Origin: the human T2T-CHM13v2.0 reference genome, Homo sapiens | Length of the DNA: 64,000 nucleotides | Direction: 5' to 3' (one strand) | Assembly: GCF_009914755.1 (NCBI RefSeq) | Contig: NC_060931.1 | Shown here: in pieces, positions 49,099 through 64,000 of the stretch | Layout of the letters: every line of letters begins with the position of its first letter | How positions within the stretch are numbered: position 1 is the stretch's first letter | Program-made: the position numbers and the translations under genes | Notes under the pieces: generated by a model | Database searches by the model: none | What the model saw: only the letters and a program-made list of their open reading frames with translations | Told to the model about the DNA's origin: nothing

Positions 49099-49393
49099 GG
49101 CTGGGCACGGTGGCTCATGCCTGTAGTCCCAGCACTTTGGGAAGCCGAGGTGGGCAGATCACCTGAGGTCAGGAGTTCAAGACCAGCCTGGCCAATGTGG
49201 CAAAACCCCACTAAAAATACAAAAATTAACTGGGTATGGTGGTGGCCTGTAATCCCCAGCTACTCAGGAGGCTGAGGCAGGAGAATCGCTTGAACCCAGG
49301 AGGCAGAGGTTATAGTGTGCTGAGATTGCGTCACTGCACTCCAGCCTGGGTGACAGAGCAAGAGTCCGTCTCAAAAAACAAAAACAAAAAAAA
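49099..49393 (+). mobile_element. AluS-like
   Basis: Sense dimer. Confidence 0.92.
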
Positions 49394-49503
49394 CCCCAGG
49401 TTATCTCCATGAATGTGAATATTGATGTGGTCCTTCTGTCAGGAAGACATCACCTGAGACCACACACAGAAAGCCTAATTTTCCTTAGGATACAGTCCTA
49501 CAT

Positions 49504-49800
49504 CAGGGTTGACAAAGTTTTTTTGTAAGGGTTAGATAGTAAATATTTTAGATTTTGCAAGCCATATGGTCTCTTCCTCAGCTACTCAACTCTGCCGTTG
49601 TACTACAAGAGCAGCCATAGACAATCTATACATGAATGAGTGTGGCTGTGTTCCAGTAAACTTTACTTATGGATATTGATACTCAGATTTCACATGATTT
49701 TCATGTGTAATGAAATGTGATTATTTTTATTTAAAACATTAAAAATGTAAAAGCCATTTTTTGCTTGCAGGCCAGACAAAAACAGGCAGTGTGAGTCAAT
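49504..49800. mobile_element. MER58B (hAT-Charlie)
   Basis: cagggttgacaaagttttttgtaaggg ... aatgtaaaagccattttt. Confidence 0.65.
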
Positions 49801-50659
49801 TTAATTTAATGTGTGACTCATAGATGCTAACCCTTGCCTTAGCTGCTTAGTAACTTGCCCTAGTCATGTGTTACCCCATGAAAAGAATGGCCTACTTCTG
49901 TCATATTGTCTCTAACCTCTGTCATTTCATTTATGATGCTATGTATTATGTGTACCTTTGTCTCTCTTGCTGGATTCTGAGTATCTTGAGAGGTAGGCCA
50001 TGGCCTAGTCAGTCATCTTTGTATCCTTAATATCAAACCCACATAGTGGGTATTTAAGAAGTGACTGTTGAATTTGAATTTTATGCTTGATATATATAAA
50101 ATGTCATTTCTGCTGATCTTAAAGAGAAACACTTGACTGATATGCATAGGTTTCCCATGTTCTTCCCCTTGAGAGGCCATAGTTAACTGCATTTGCTGCT
50201 AGCGGCTCTTGTAAACTCAGTGGTTATACAGCAAAGCCTTTGCAAAGTCTTTTATTTTAGAGCTCTTTTTCAGACAAGAAATGATTATACTTTTTCTTCA
50301 AATCATTTATTCAATCATAATGATAAATATGGCTTTCACTATTCTGATGAAGCAGAGCTACCATCAGTGTGAAATAATAATAGCCGTTGTTTAGTGAGCA
50401 TCTACTACATTCCAGTCAATTCAGATTTTTTCTCTAGATTTTTGGTGACCTTCTGATTACTATTAATTTACATTTTTTTTATTGTTCTCTACATGTCAAA
50501 CAAAACAAAGCAACAATATCAAAAACCCACATGCTTTTTCTTCATACTGTCTATATTATTGAATGACAAACATCTGTCCTTCAAGTCAAATATTAATTAA
50601 TCATAGACTCCTTTCTCTTTTTCTTCACCCCGCCTTATCTAATTGGCCACTGTCTTAGC

Positions 50660-50977
<318 letters not shown>

Positions 50978-52618
50978 TAATTCATTTAATCTAATTGAAG
51001 CCTTAATCATTTCTTTTCTTCCAACATGTTGAGCATCTGTTCTGATTTTCCTGACCCCACTTGCCTCATTCTCCAATTATTCTTCCCATAGTTATCAGCA
51101 CTGAATGCTAATAATAATACTTTGTTCATATCAGTTGTTATTAAAACTCTTCACTTATTCCTTATTATCTTCAAGGTAAGCCCAGCTTCCCAGTCATGAC
51201 ATACAAGACTCTATGTGTGACCCCAATACTTAACACAGATGTGTTTCAGAATTCAGAATTTTTTGGATTTTAGAAAAGTAATACAGTTTATGCAATACAT
51301 ATATAACATCCTCTGCTCATTCCTGAACACTGATGGGAGTGAATGGCAGGTGCTTTTAATAATTACGCTGAGGTAAATTATGCTAGGTGTAAACTGGACC
51401 TGTCCTGGGCAAACGAGGATGTTCTTTACACAGTTTAAGAATGTCAAGCAAAGAACATTAGGGATGAAGCAATACAGGGAGAATAGATAGAGTGAAGGGA
51501 GCAGTGGGTTAAGTGGAGTCCTGGAGAAATATTTGAAAAGGGAGAAAGGAATGTGGCTCCTGAGGTAGGAGGGAAACCTGGAGCAGGTAGCCCCACAGAA
51601 GCCCAGGGAAGAGGCATTGTTTTTCTATTATTTTGGAAGCAGATCCCCTTTAGGAGACTCCTCATCAGATAATGATTATTCACTAAGAGGTTATATTCTT
51701 AATTAAAAGGGCCTTTACCTTTTCTTAGAATACTATGTTTGAATAACTTTTTATGTATTACGATATAAAAGTCTCTTTTAAGCATTTCTGTTTTATAGTC
51801 ATTTGGCCAAAATCTAATTCAGATCCAGCTTAAATCCAAATGTCATTTGATGCTACATTTTATCCTGAGGTTGCTAGTTATTTAGTCAAATATAGTGAGT
51901 ATAATCACTACAGGCTTAGAGTAAATTTCCATGTCAAGAGGTAGAACACATTTATTCTGTAATATTGAATCCTGTAATATTGAAAATCAAAAACAGCCCT
52001 TTTTTTTCTTCTGTAGAAAATAAGATTTTTAAGGAAGGCAGCAGGAAAATAGAACAAGTGAATATTTTACGTTCTTAGTGGTTTATGGTTGGCAGTTTTC
52101 CCCCAACATTTTGTTACGAAAAGTTAAAATGTACAGAAGAATTGAAAGACTTATACCCACCAGCTAGATTGTGCCATTAACATGTTGCTGTATTTACTTT
52201 ATCACTGTCCATCTCTCTGACCATCTATTTGTCCCTCTTTCCATCCATCAGTCTGTCTTTTTTTTGGTAAGCATTTCAAGTAAGTTGACTGGCAATTTTT
52301 CTAAGCAGCTGTATCTTTATTTTGTTACTGTTTTTTTCCTGGATGTTGTAATTACAGTGTCAAGACATTTAATAATGCACATGTTTCAGCTAACCCTTTT
52401 CCCAATTTCTAGAAATCTGAGATTGCCAATAATCCCTGTCAATCTTAAATTATTTTTTAATTCTGGTAAATAGTGTCAAACCTGATTAGTGCCCTCTTTC
52501 TCAATTGTTTTGTAATCCAGACAACTGTTAGTCATTAAAACATAATTTATAGTGGTTTTAAAGCATGATTTTCTAAAAAAATTTAAATAAATATTTATTC
52601 ATATTATGTTGTTTTCAG

Positions 52619-52817
52619 AGTGGAGAGATCTACAGACCAAGTAATCAAGCCAGTCAATGTAGGAGCTCTATCAAAATGGGTTGGGAAGATACCGCCAGAT
52701 GTTTTACAAGACATGGCAGTGATTGCTCCTATGCTTGCCAAGCTTGGATATGACCCATATGCCAACCCACCTAACTACGGAAAACCTGATCCCAAAATTA
52801 TTGAAAACACTCGAAGG
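52619..52817 (+). CDS. TPST1: TPST1 second coding exon, codons 282-348
   Basis: Acceptor gttttcAG at 52617-52618. AA|A completes Lys282, then [66 protein letters not shown]. Donor AGG|GTAAGT after 52817. Phase matches the upstream exon. Confidence 0.97.
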
Positions 52818-53175
52818 GTAAGTGAGATTTTTTAAAGCAACTGAGAAAACTAGATTTTGAATTTGGGATCTGAATACGTTTTTTTCTTATTTTATTTCTT
52901 GCTATTTAATGATCAGAAAAATATTTTTTTTTTTTCATTTATTTTTATTTTATTTTATTTTATTTTTTTTATTATACTCTAAGTTTTAGGGTACATGTGC
53001 ACATTGTGCAGGTTAGTTACATATGTATACATGTGCCATGCTGGTGCGCTGCACCCACTAATGTGTCATCTAGCATTAGGTATATCTCCCAATACTATCC
53101 CTCCCCCCTCCCCCAACCCCACCACAGTCCCCAGAGTGTGATATTCCCCTTCCTGTGTCCATGTGATCTCATTGT

Positions 53176-57026
<3,851 letters not shown>

Positions 57027-57065
57027 TCATTAGTTGATGCAGTTTCTTCCTAGTCTCGATGGTCT

Positions 57066-58082
57066 TTACATTTTGGCATGATTTTGCAGCGGCTGGTACC
57101 GGTTGTTCCTTTCCATGTTTAGCGCTTCCTTCAGGAGCTCTTTTAGGGCAGGCCTGGTGGTGACAAAATCTCTCAGCATTTGCTTGTCTATAAAGTATTT
57201 TATTTCTCCTTCACTTATGAAGCTTAGTTTGGCTGGATATGAAATTCTGGGTTGAAAATTCTTTTCTTTAAGAATGTTGAATATTGGCCCCCACTCTCTT
57301 CTGGCTTGTAGGGTTTCTGCCGAGAGATCCGCTGTTAGTCTGATGGGCTTTCCTTTGAGGGTAACCCGACCTTTCTCTCTGGCTGCCCTTAACATTTTTT
57401 CCTTCATTTCAACTTTGGTGAATCTGACAATTATGTGTCTTGGAGTTGCTCTTCTCGAGGAGTATCTTTGTGGCGTTCTCTGTATTTCCTGAATCTGAAC
57501 GTTGGCCTGCCTTGCTAGATTGGGGAAGTTCTCCTGGATAATATCCTGCAGAGTGTTTTCCAACTTGGTTCCATTCTCCACATCACTTTCAGGTACACCA
57601 ATCAGACGTAGATTTGGTCTTTTCACATAGTCCCATATTTCTTGGAGGCTTTGCTCATTTCTTTTTATTCTTTTTTCTCTAAACTTCCCTTCTCGCTTCA
57701 TTTCATTCATTTCATCTTCCATTGCTGATACCCTTTCTTCCAGTTGATCGCATCGGCTCCTGAGGCTTCTGCATTCTTCACGTAGTTCTCGAGCCTTGGT
57801 TTTCAGCTCCATCAGCTCCTTTAAGCACTTCTCTGTATTGGTTATTCTAGTTATACATTCTTCTAAATTTTTTTCAAAGTTTTCAACTTCTTTGCCTTTG
57901 GTTTGAATGTCCTCCCGTAGCTCAGAGTAATTTGATCGTCTGAAGCCTTCTTCTCTCAGCTCGTCAAAATCATTCTCCATCCAGCTTTGTTCTGTTGCTG
58001 GTGAGGAACTGCGTTCCTTTGGAGGAGGAGAGGCGCTCTGCGTTTTAGAGTTTCCAGTTTTTCTGTTCTGTTTTTTCCCCAT
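57066..58082 (-). CDS. L1 ORF1p, intact 338 aa
   Basis: Canonical length; REKG, ARR and YPAKLS motifs present; 63-nt inter-ORF spacer 57003-57065. Confidence 0.97.
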   Translation of the reverse strand: MGKKQNRKTGNSKTQSASPPPKERSSSPATEQSWMENDFDELREEGFRRSNYSELREDIQTKGKEVENFEKNLEECITRITNTEKCLKELMELKTKARELREECRSLRSRCDQLEERVSAMEDEMNEMKREGKFREKRIKRNEQSLQEIWDYVKRPNLRLIGVPESDVENGTKLENTLQDIIQENFPNLARQANVQIQEIQRTPQRYSSRRATPRHIIVRFTKVEMKEKMLRAAREKGRVTLKGKPIRLTADLSAETLQARREWGPIFNILKEKNFQPRISYPAKLSFISEGEIKYFIDKQMLRDFVTTRPALKELLKEALNMERNNRYQPLQNHAKM

Positions 58083-58990
58083 CTTTGTGGTTTTATCTAC
58101 TTTTGGTCTTTGATGATGGTGATGTACAGATGGGTTTTCGGTGTAGATGTCCTTTCTGGTTGTTAGTTTTCCTTCTAACAGACAGGACCCTCAGCTGCAG
58201 GTCTGTTGGAATACACTGCCGTGTGAGGTGTCAGTGTGCCCCTGCTGGGGGGTGCCTCCCAGTTAGGCTGCTCGGGGGTCAGGGGTCAGGGACCCACTTG
58301 AGGAGGCAGTCTGCCCGTTCTCAGATCTCCAGCTGCGTGCTGGGAGAACCACTGCTCTCTTCAAAGCTGTCAGACAGGGACACTTAAGTCTGCAGAGGTT
58401 ACTGCTGTCTTTTTGTTTGTCTGTGCCCTGCCCCCAGAGGTGGAGCCTACAGAGGCAGGCAGGCCTCCTTGAGCTGTGGTGGGCTCCACCCAGTTCGAGC
58501 TTCCCGGCTGCTTTGTTTACCTAAGCAAGCCTGGGCAATGGCGGGCGCCCCTCCCCCAGCCTCGCTGCCGCCTTGCAGTTTGATCTCAGACTGCTGTGCT
58601 AGCAATCAGCGAGATTCCGTGGGCGTAGGACCCTCTGAGCCAGGTGTGGGATATAGTCTCGTGGTGCGCCGTTTCTTAAGCCAGTCTGAAAAGCGCAATA
58701 TTTGGGTGGGAGTGACCCGATTTTCCAGGTGCGTCCGTCACCCCTTTCTTTGACTCGGAAAGGGAACTCCCTGACCCCTTGCGCTTCCCAGGTGAGGCAA
58801 TGCCTCGCCCTGCTTCGGCTCGCGCACGGTGCGCACACACACTGGCCTGCGCCCACTGTCTGGCACTCCCTAGTGAGATGAACCCGGTACCTCAGATGGA
58901 AATGCAGAAATCACCCGTCTTCTGCGTCGCTCACGCTGGGAGCTGTAGACCGGAGCTGTTCCTATTCGGCCATCTTGGCTCCTCCTCCCC
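58083..58990. promoter_or_regulatory. L1 5'UTR: CpG-rich internal sense promoter (- strand) and antisense promoter (+ strand)
   Basis: Complete ~908-nt 5'UTR with CpG-dense distal half; YY1 site CAAGATGGCCG intact (58967-58977, - strand). Confidence 0.88.
58538..58753 (+). CDS. L1 ORF0 (71 aa), antisense ORF of the L1 5'UTR
   Basis: MAGAPPPASLPPCSLISDCCASNQRDSVGVGPSEPGVGYSLVVRRFLSQSEKRNIWVGVTRFSRCVRHPFL; ATG in GCAATGG context; donors CAG|GTGTGG (after 58643) and CAG|GTGCGT (after 58728). Confidence 0.9.
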   Translation: MAGAPPPASLPPCSLISDCCASNQRDSVGVGPSEPGVGYSLVVRRFLSQSEKRNIWVGVTRFSRCVRHPFL

Positions 58991-59027
58991 CAGAAAAATA
59001 TTTTGAATTAGAAAAATTTGGGCCTAG

Positions 59028-59620
<593 letters not shown>

Positions 59621-61320
59621 GAATGAAGAAAAATTATATTTGTAGAATGCTTTCTTATCAGCAGTCTTCCACTGCATTTTAAGGATAACTGGCTCGTTGG
59701 GGATAGTTCTTAGGGTATTTTGCTCAGTTTCTAGGAATGATACTCACTGTTGGGAGATTTATTCTCAGCCAATTACTGCAGATCTGCATAAACACCATAA
59801 TTATTAGTGACCTTACTTCTGATTTCTTTCTTTCTGTAAATCTAATAGCCACTTTACTTTTAAACCTTTGTTTAGATGAGGCATAATTTTTGGATACCTA
59901 AAAGCTAAACATTGGTTACACTAGAAAAATTATTAAACACTAGCCTTCTGATTAAGAGAAAGTTGCTATTAAAGTGACATTACAGTTTTTATTTTAATAA
60001 GTTATGCTCACGTCTTTACAATATATTATTTCAGAAAGTGCTGAAAATTCAGAGCTAGATTATATAGCCTACCAGTTGAGTCTATTTCAAATCAGATCTT
60101 ATACATTCTTTTCTTTATTGCAGTAAGATATATTTAACATAAAATTTACCACTCTGACACTTTTTAAAGTGCACAATTCAGTGGCATTAAATACATTCAC
60201 ATTGTTGTGCAACTGTCACCACCATCCATCTCCAGAACATTTTTTGTCTTCCCAAACTGAAATTCTGTACCCATACTCTTCATTGCCTGGTCCCTGTCAA
60301 CTGCAGTTTTTTGTGTCACTTGTATATATTCTTTTTTGAAACTACATTTCAAATAAGACAACCATGCTAGCATAAGTTCACTGATAGGCTATTTGATTCC
60401 AAGGTGAAAATTCCTTGGCTTTGTCTGATATTCTCTTGTTTATATCAGTGTCCTTCCCTCCCTACAACCATATAACCGTATCATGTTTTTATTCTGTCTT
60501 TTGATAACTTTAATTGACAAATTTATGCCACATTTATTTCATGAGATTAATTTCTATGTGAATTCCTTTCTCTTAGGTATTACTTTTATTTCCCCTTTTC
60601 AATTCATTATTAGCAGCTATATGGGAAGAGCTGCCTTCTTGTAAACCATCACATATGAGGGCAAATTAAAAAAAACAATAATCGCTATCCTCTTTACACT
60701 TTTTATATATATATAAATATTTCCATTATAAAAATATAAGCTCATTATATGAAACTTACAAAATTCAAAGGATAAGAGAATAAAAATCACCTGTAATGTT
60801 CCCACCTAGACACATACACATATTATTCTTTTTTATTTTCTTATTTATTTACACATATTATTCTTAATATTTTGATGTATTTTCTCTCCTCTGCATTATG
60901 TTAAACAAAGGTAAGATTACGTATATCATCTTACCTTTATATACACAGTTTTGTATCCAGTCCTTTTAATATTCACGAGCATTTTCCCATTGTGTGCATG
61001 CTTTTTAAACATAATTTTTATAGTTATAAACCTTCATAGAAGCCACCTTAAATTCTTTCTGAAGCACAGTAGTAAATGAATGAATAAATCAACAAACAAA
61101 ATACATTTCCCTGGTAGATGTTCTACAATTGATTTTACCATTTTGTTGTTTACCGTTTTCTCTTTGACAAATTGTGCTGCAGTGAACATCTTTGCAGATA
61201 CTCAATTTTAGGATTTTTTTTTTAAGGTAGGATCAATAAAAATAGAACTAAACCAGGGTAAAGTATCTGAGATTTTTAAAAGGTGTTTGATATCTATTGA
61301 TACTAAAAAACCTTTGGGCT

Positions 61321-61633
61321 GGCCACAGTGGCTCACGCCTGTAATCCCAGCATTTTGGGAGGCTGAGGTGGGTGGATCACTTGAGCTCAGGAGTTCAAGA
61401 CCAGCCTGGACAATGTGGCAAAACCCCATCTCTACAAAAAATACAAAAGTTAGCCAGGTGTGGTGGCACATGCCTCTGGTTTCAGCTGCTTGGGAGGCTG
61501 AGGTGAGAGGATTGCTTGAGCCCAGAATTTTGAGGTTACAGTGAGCTGAGATTGTGCCACTGCACTCCAGCCTGGGTGATGGAGCGAGATCCTGTCTCAA
61601 GAAAACAAAAACAAAAAACAAACAAACAAAAAA
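61321..61633 (+). mobile_element. Alu
   Basis: Sense dimer; TSD aaaaaacctttg. Confidence 0.92.
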
Positions 61634-61764
61634 CCTTTGAACTGCCAGCATAATTGAGGTAATTTATTTTAGATTTTTGTTGGTTTTAATAGATTTCATT
61701 GATTAATGTAATTGAACATTTTCCAGTTATTAGCTATATGTATATATTCTTTTATGAACTAAGT

Positions 61765-62030
61765 TTTTACTTTATTTATTTGAGACAGAGTCTTGCTCTG
61801 TTGGCACAATCTTGGCTTACTGCAACCTGTGTCTCCTGGGTTCAAGTGATGATTCTCTTGCCTCAGGTGGGATTATAGGCACATGCTACCACGCCTGGCT
61901 AATTTTTTTTAATTTTTTATTTTTAGTAAAGTTAGGGTTTCGTTGTGTTGGCCTGGCTGATCTCAAACTCCTGACCTCAAGTGATCTACCTGCCTTGGCC
62001 TCCCAAAGTGCTAGGATTACATGAGCCACT
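61765..62030 (-). mobile_element. Alu with internal deletions
   Basis: Antisense Alu motifs. Confidence 0.88.
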
Positions 62031-63029
62031 CTTTAAAGTTTTATATGTATTAAAGTTTTGTGAGCTCTTTGTAATTGGTAATTCATAGCTATCTCCTTTG
62101 CACAATAGTGAAAGGGTTTTTTATTACCAAGATACATGTACAATGCTATTTTGAGGGTTCTTAGGCAGTAGACATTATAGTTTTCCTACATGCAAATTGG
62201 CTTGGCTAGATTATCCTTTGCTTTCTTGAGTGGTGGGTTGGGAAGAATGCTATGGTTTGAATCCATGTGACTAAAGAATCTATTTCATACACACTTGTGG
62301 TTTTTGAAAGGATTTCAAAATACCCACTGAAATTAAAAAACACCCACCCTTCCCCCCCCCCTCCCCCACCGTCTCTGCCTATCTTTAAAGTGACAGATAA
62401 TTTTGAGGAAGAAAAGATGAAGTGTGAACTATAGTGGTGTTTTTGGGCCTTTTGTGGTAATGCATACAAACTGACAGTCTTGTCTTGTGAGGGTAGGTTT
62501 CATAAGACCTTTTTGCAAACTAAATCCTGTGTATCTTCAAAGCTTTTTTGCCTGTAATAAGTCAGATGCTAATGTATCCAGCACTGATGATCATGAGGTT
62601 TTTGTAAAGCAGTGCTTGAAAAGAGATTGTTGACCGTTAGCTATGATATGAGATGGGCCCCAGAGAAAGAGGTGGCTGGCGAAGGTGTTTTCCTTAGTTA
62701 TGGGGTGAGAGTGGGAGAAAAATAACATTTTGACTGAGAATATAGGATTTATATCTCTAAGCCTAAAAATACTGGGTTGGTTTTTTTTTTTTTTTTTTTT
62801 TGGTACAATTCTGGGTAGTCTGCAAGTAATATTGAGTCAGCACATTTTAGGGACATATTACCCAATATTGAATGGATAATCATGCTTCATGGTTACTGTG
62901 ACTCACATAGTAAATTGGTAATGAAACGTTAACATATTTTATACCCTGTCCCACCATAGTCTCTAATCCTAAAATTATAGTATATTTCAGTAAATGGTGC
63001 TGTCTAGGTTACATCGTCAGCCTTCTTGC

Positions 63030-63250
63030 ATAGATTCTTAACCTTTTAGACTTAGGAACTTATTTGAGAATTTGATGAATCCTGTGGATCCCCACCTCAG
63101 AAATACAGACACATGAATACACAGATTTCACTCACAATTTCAGTGGATACATAGATATACCAGAAGTCCATCAGATTAAGGACTCCTATTAGCCACAATT
63201 TCAGTGGATGCATGTGTGCCAGAAGCCTGACAGATTAAGGACTCCTATTT
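63030..63250. mobile_element. hAT-Charlie MITE (MER117-like) with its 3' ~58 bp tandemly duplicated
   Basis: cacaatttcagtggat...cagattaaggactcctatt at 63133-63190 and 63194-63249. Confidence 0.55.
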
Positions 63251-64000
63251 TATAGTCTCCTTGCTCAAGCTCATCCACTCATAGGGCTTTCATTACAGCC
63301 TATTTGCTGATTATCATAAATCTGTATTTCCTAGTGGGTCTCTTTCCTGAGCCCTAGGTTCATTATTTCCAACTGTCTTCTGTATGTGTCCACCGAAATG
63401 CTCTCAAGGACCTCAAATTCAAAGTCCAAAATTGAATTTATTTTCTAAACTTGTTCCCTGAGAGGCAGAAGCTAGGTGGAATTGTTCATTAAACTGAGCA
63501 GGAATCCACCTTGAGAGTGGGGATGATGCTGTGCTCATCTATACTTGCGGTACCTATGAGCCAGAGAGCAGATTTGAGGAACAGAGTCCTCAGGGCACAT
63601 GGCTCAAACCCCAAAACAATTCAAGAACCTGGTTGCTAAAGTTAGAGAGCTGAAAAGCAGATCCAATTTATGAATGGAATATTTAGTTGGAAACCTGAGT
63701 AGATAGTACTGAGGAAGAGCAAGTGATCAAATGGAAAAGCATGTACCAAGGTGCAGAACCCACAGTAACAGACAAGAAGAAACATGAAAATGAAGTCAGC
63801 TGGGGGACAGGGGTTAGATTAAATCCCTAAACCAAACAACAAAAAGCTGCAGCAGCAGTTGGAATTGATATTCTTACATTAAAGGTAAAGCCTGGAATGA
63901 ATGCATACTTGTGTTTTCTGGTTCCTATACTCAGCAAAAACTGCTTGTTCCTGTTTTTTTCTATCTCCATACATAGCATGCTTATTCACCCAGTTACCCA

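Noticed and set aside
63133-63249. Repeat-spacer-like pattern resembling a CRISPR array (also 8336-8466)
   Set aside because: Only two copies, related 'spacers', no cas genes, human intron.

Overview
Human (primate) genomic DNA from inside TPST1 (tyrosylprotein sulfotransferase 1), transcribed on the + strand. The window holds the large first coding exon (6437-7382, ATG at 6538) and the next coding exon (52619-52817), separated by a ~45 kb repeat-rich intron. The promoter/first exon and the last exons lie outside the window. About 110 bp after the second coding exon is a full-length antisense L1HS Ta-1nd element (52928-58990, 14-bp TSD): ORF1 and ORF0 are intact, while ORF2 has a CGA>TGA stop and a 1-bp deletion. 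The rest is Alus, solo LTRs (MER4A, PABL_A, MER31, MLT), DNA-transposon MITEs and old L1/L2/MIR fragments. No prokaryotic or CRISPR-type system is present, and I cannot support a claim of a wholly new biological system. Best leads: (1) the L1's possible effects on TPST1 (intronic polyadenylation giving a 353-aa isoform, antisense promoter/ORF0 firing into the gene, an endonuclease-retaining truncated ORF2p); (2) a diverged cTAGE/MIA2-like retrocopy replacing ~1.1 kb of an older L1; (3) at least five locally templated inverted or fold-back insertions; (4) two uORFs and a translatable back-splice product of the 946-nt exon. Repeat subfamily names are from memory of consensus sequences and repeat boundaries are approximate.
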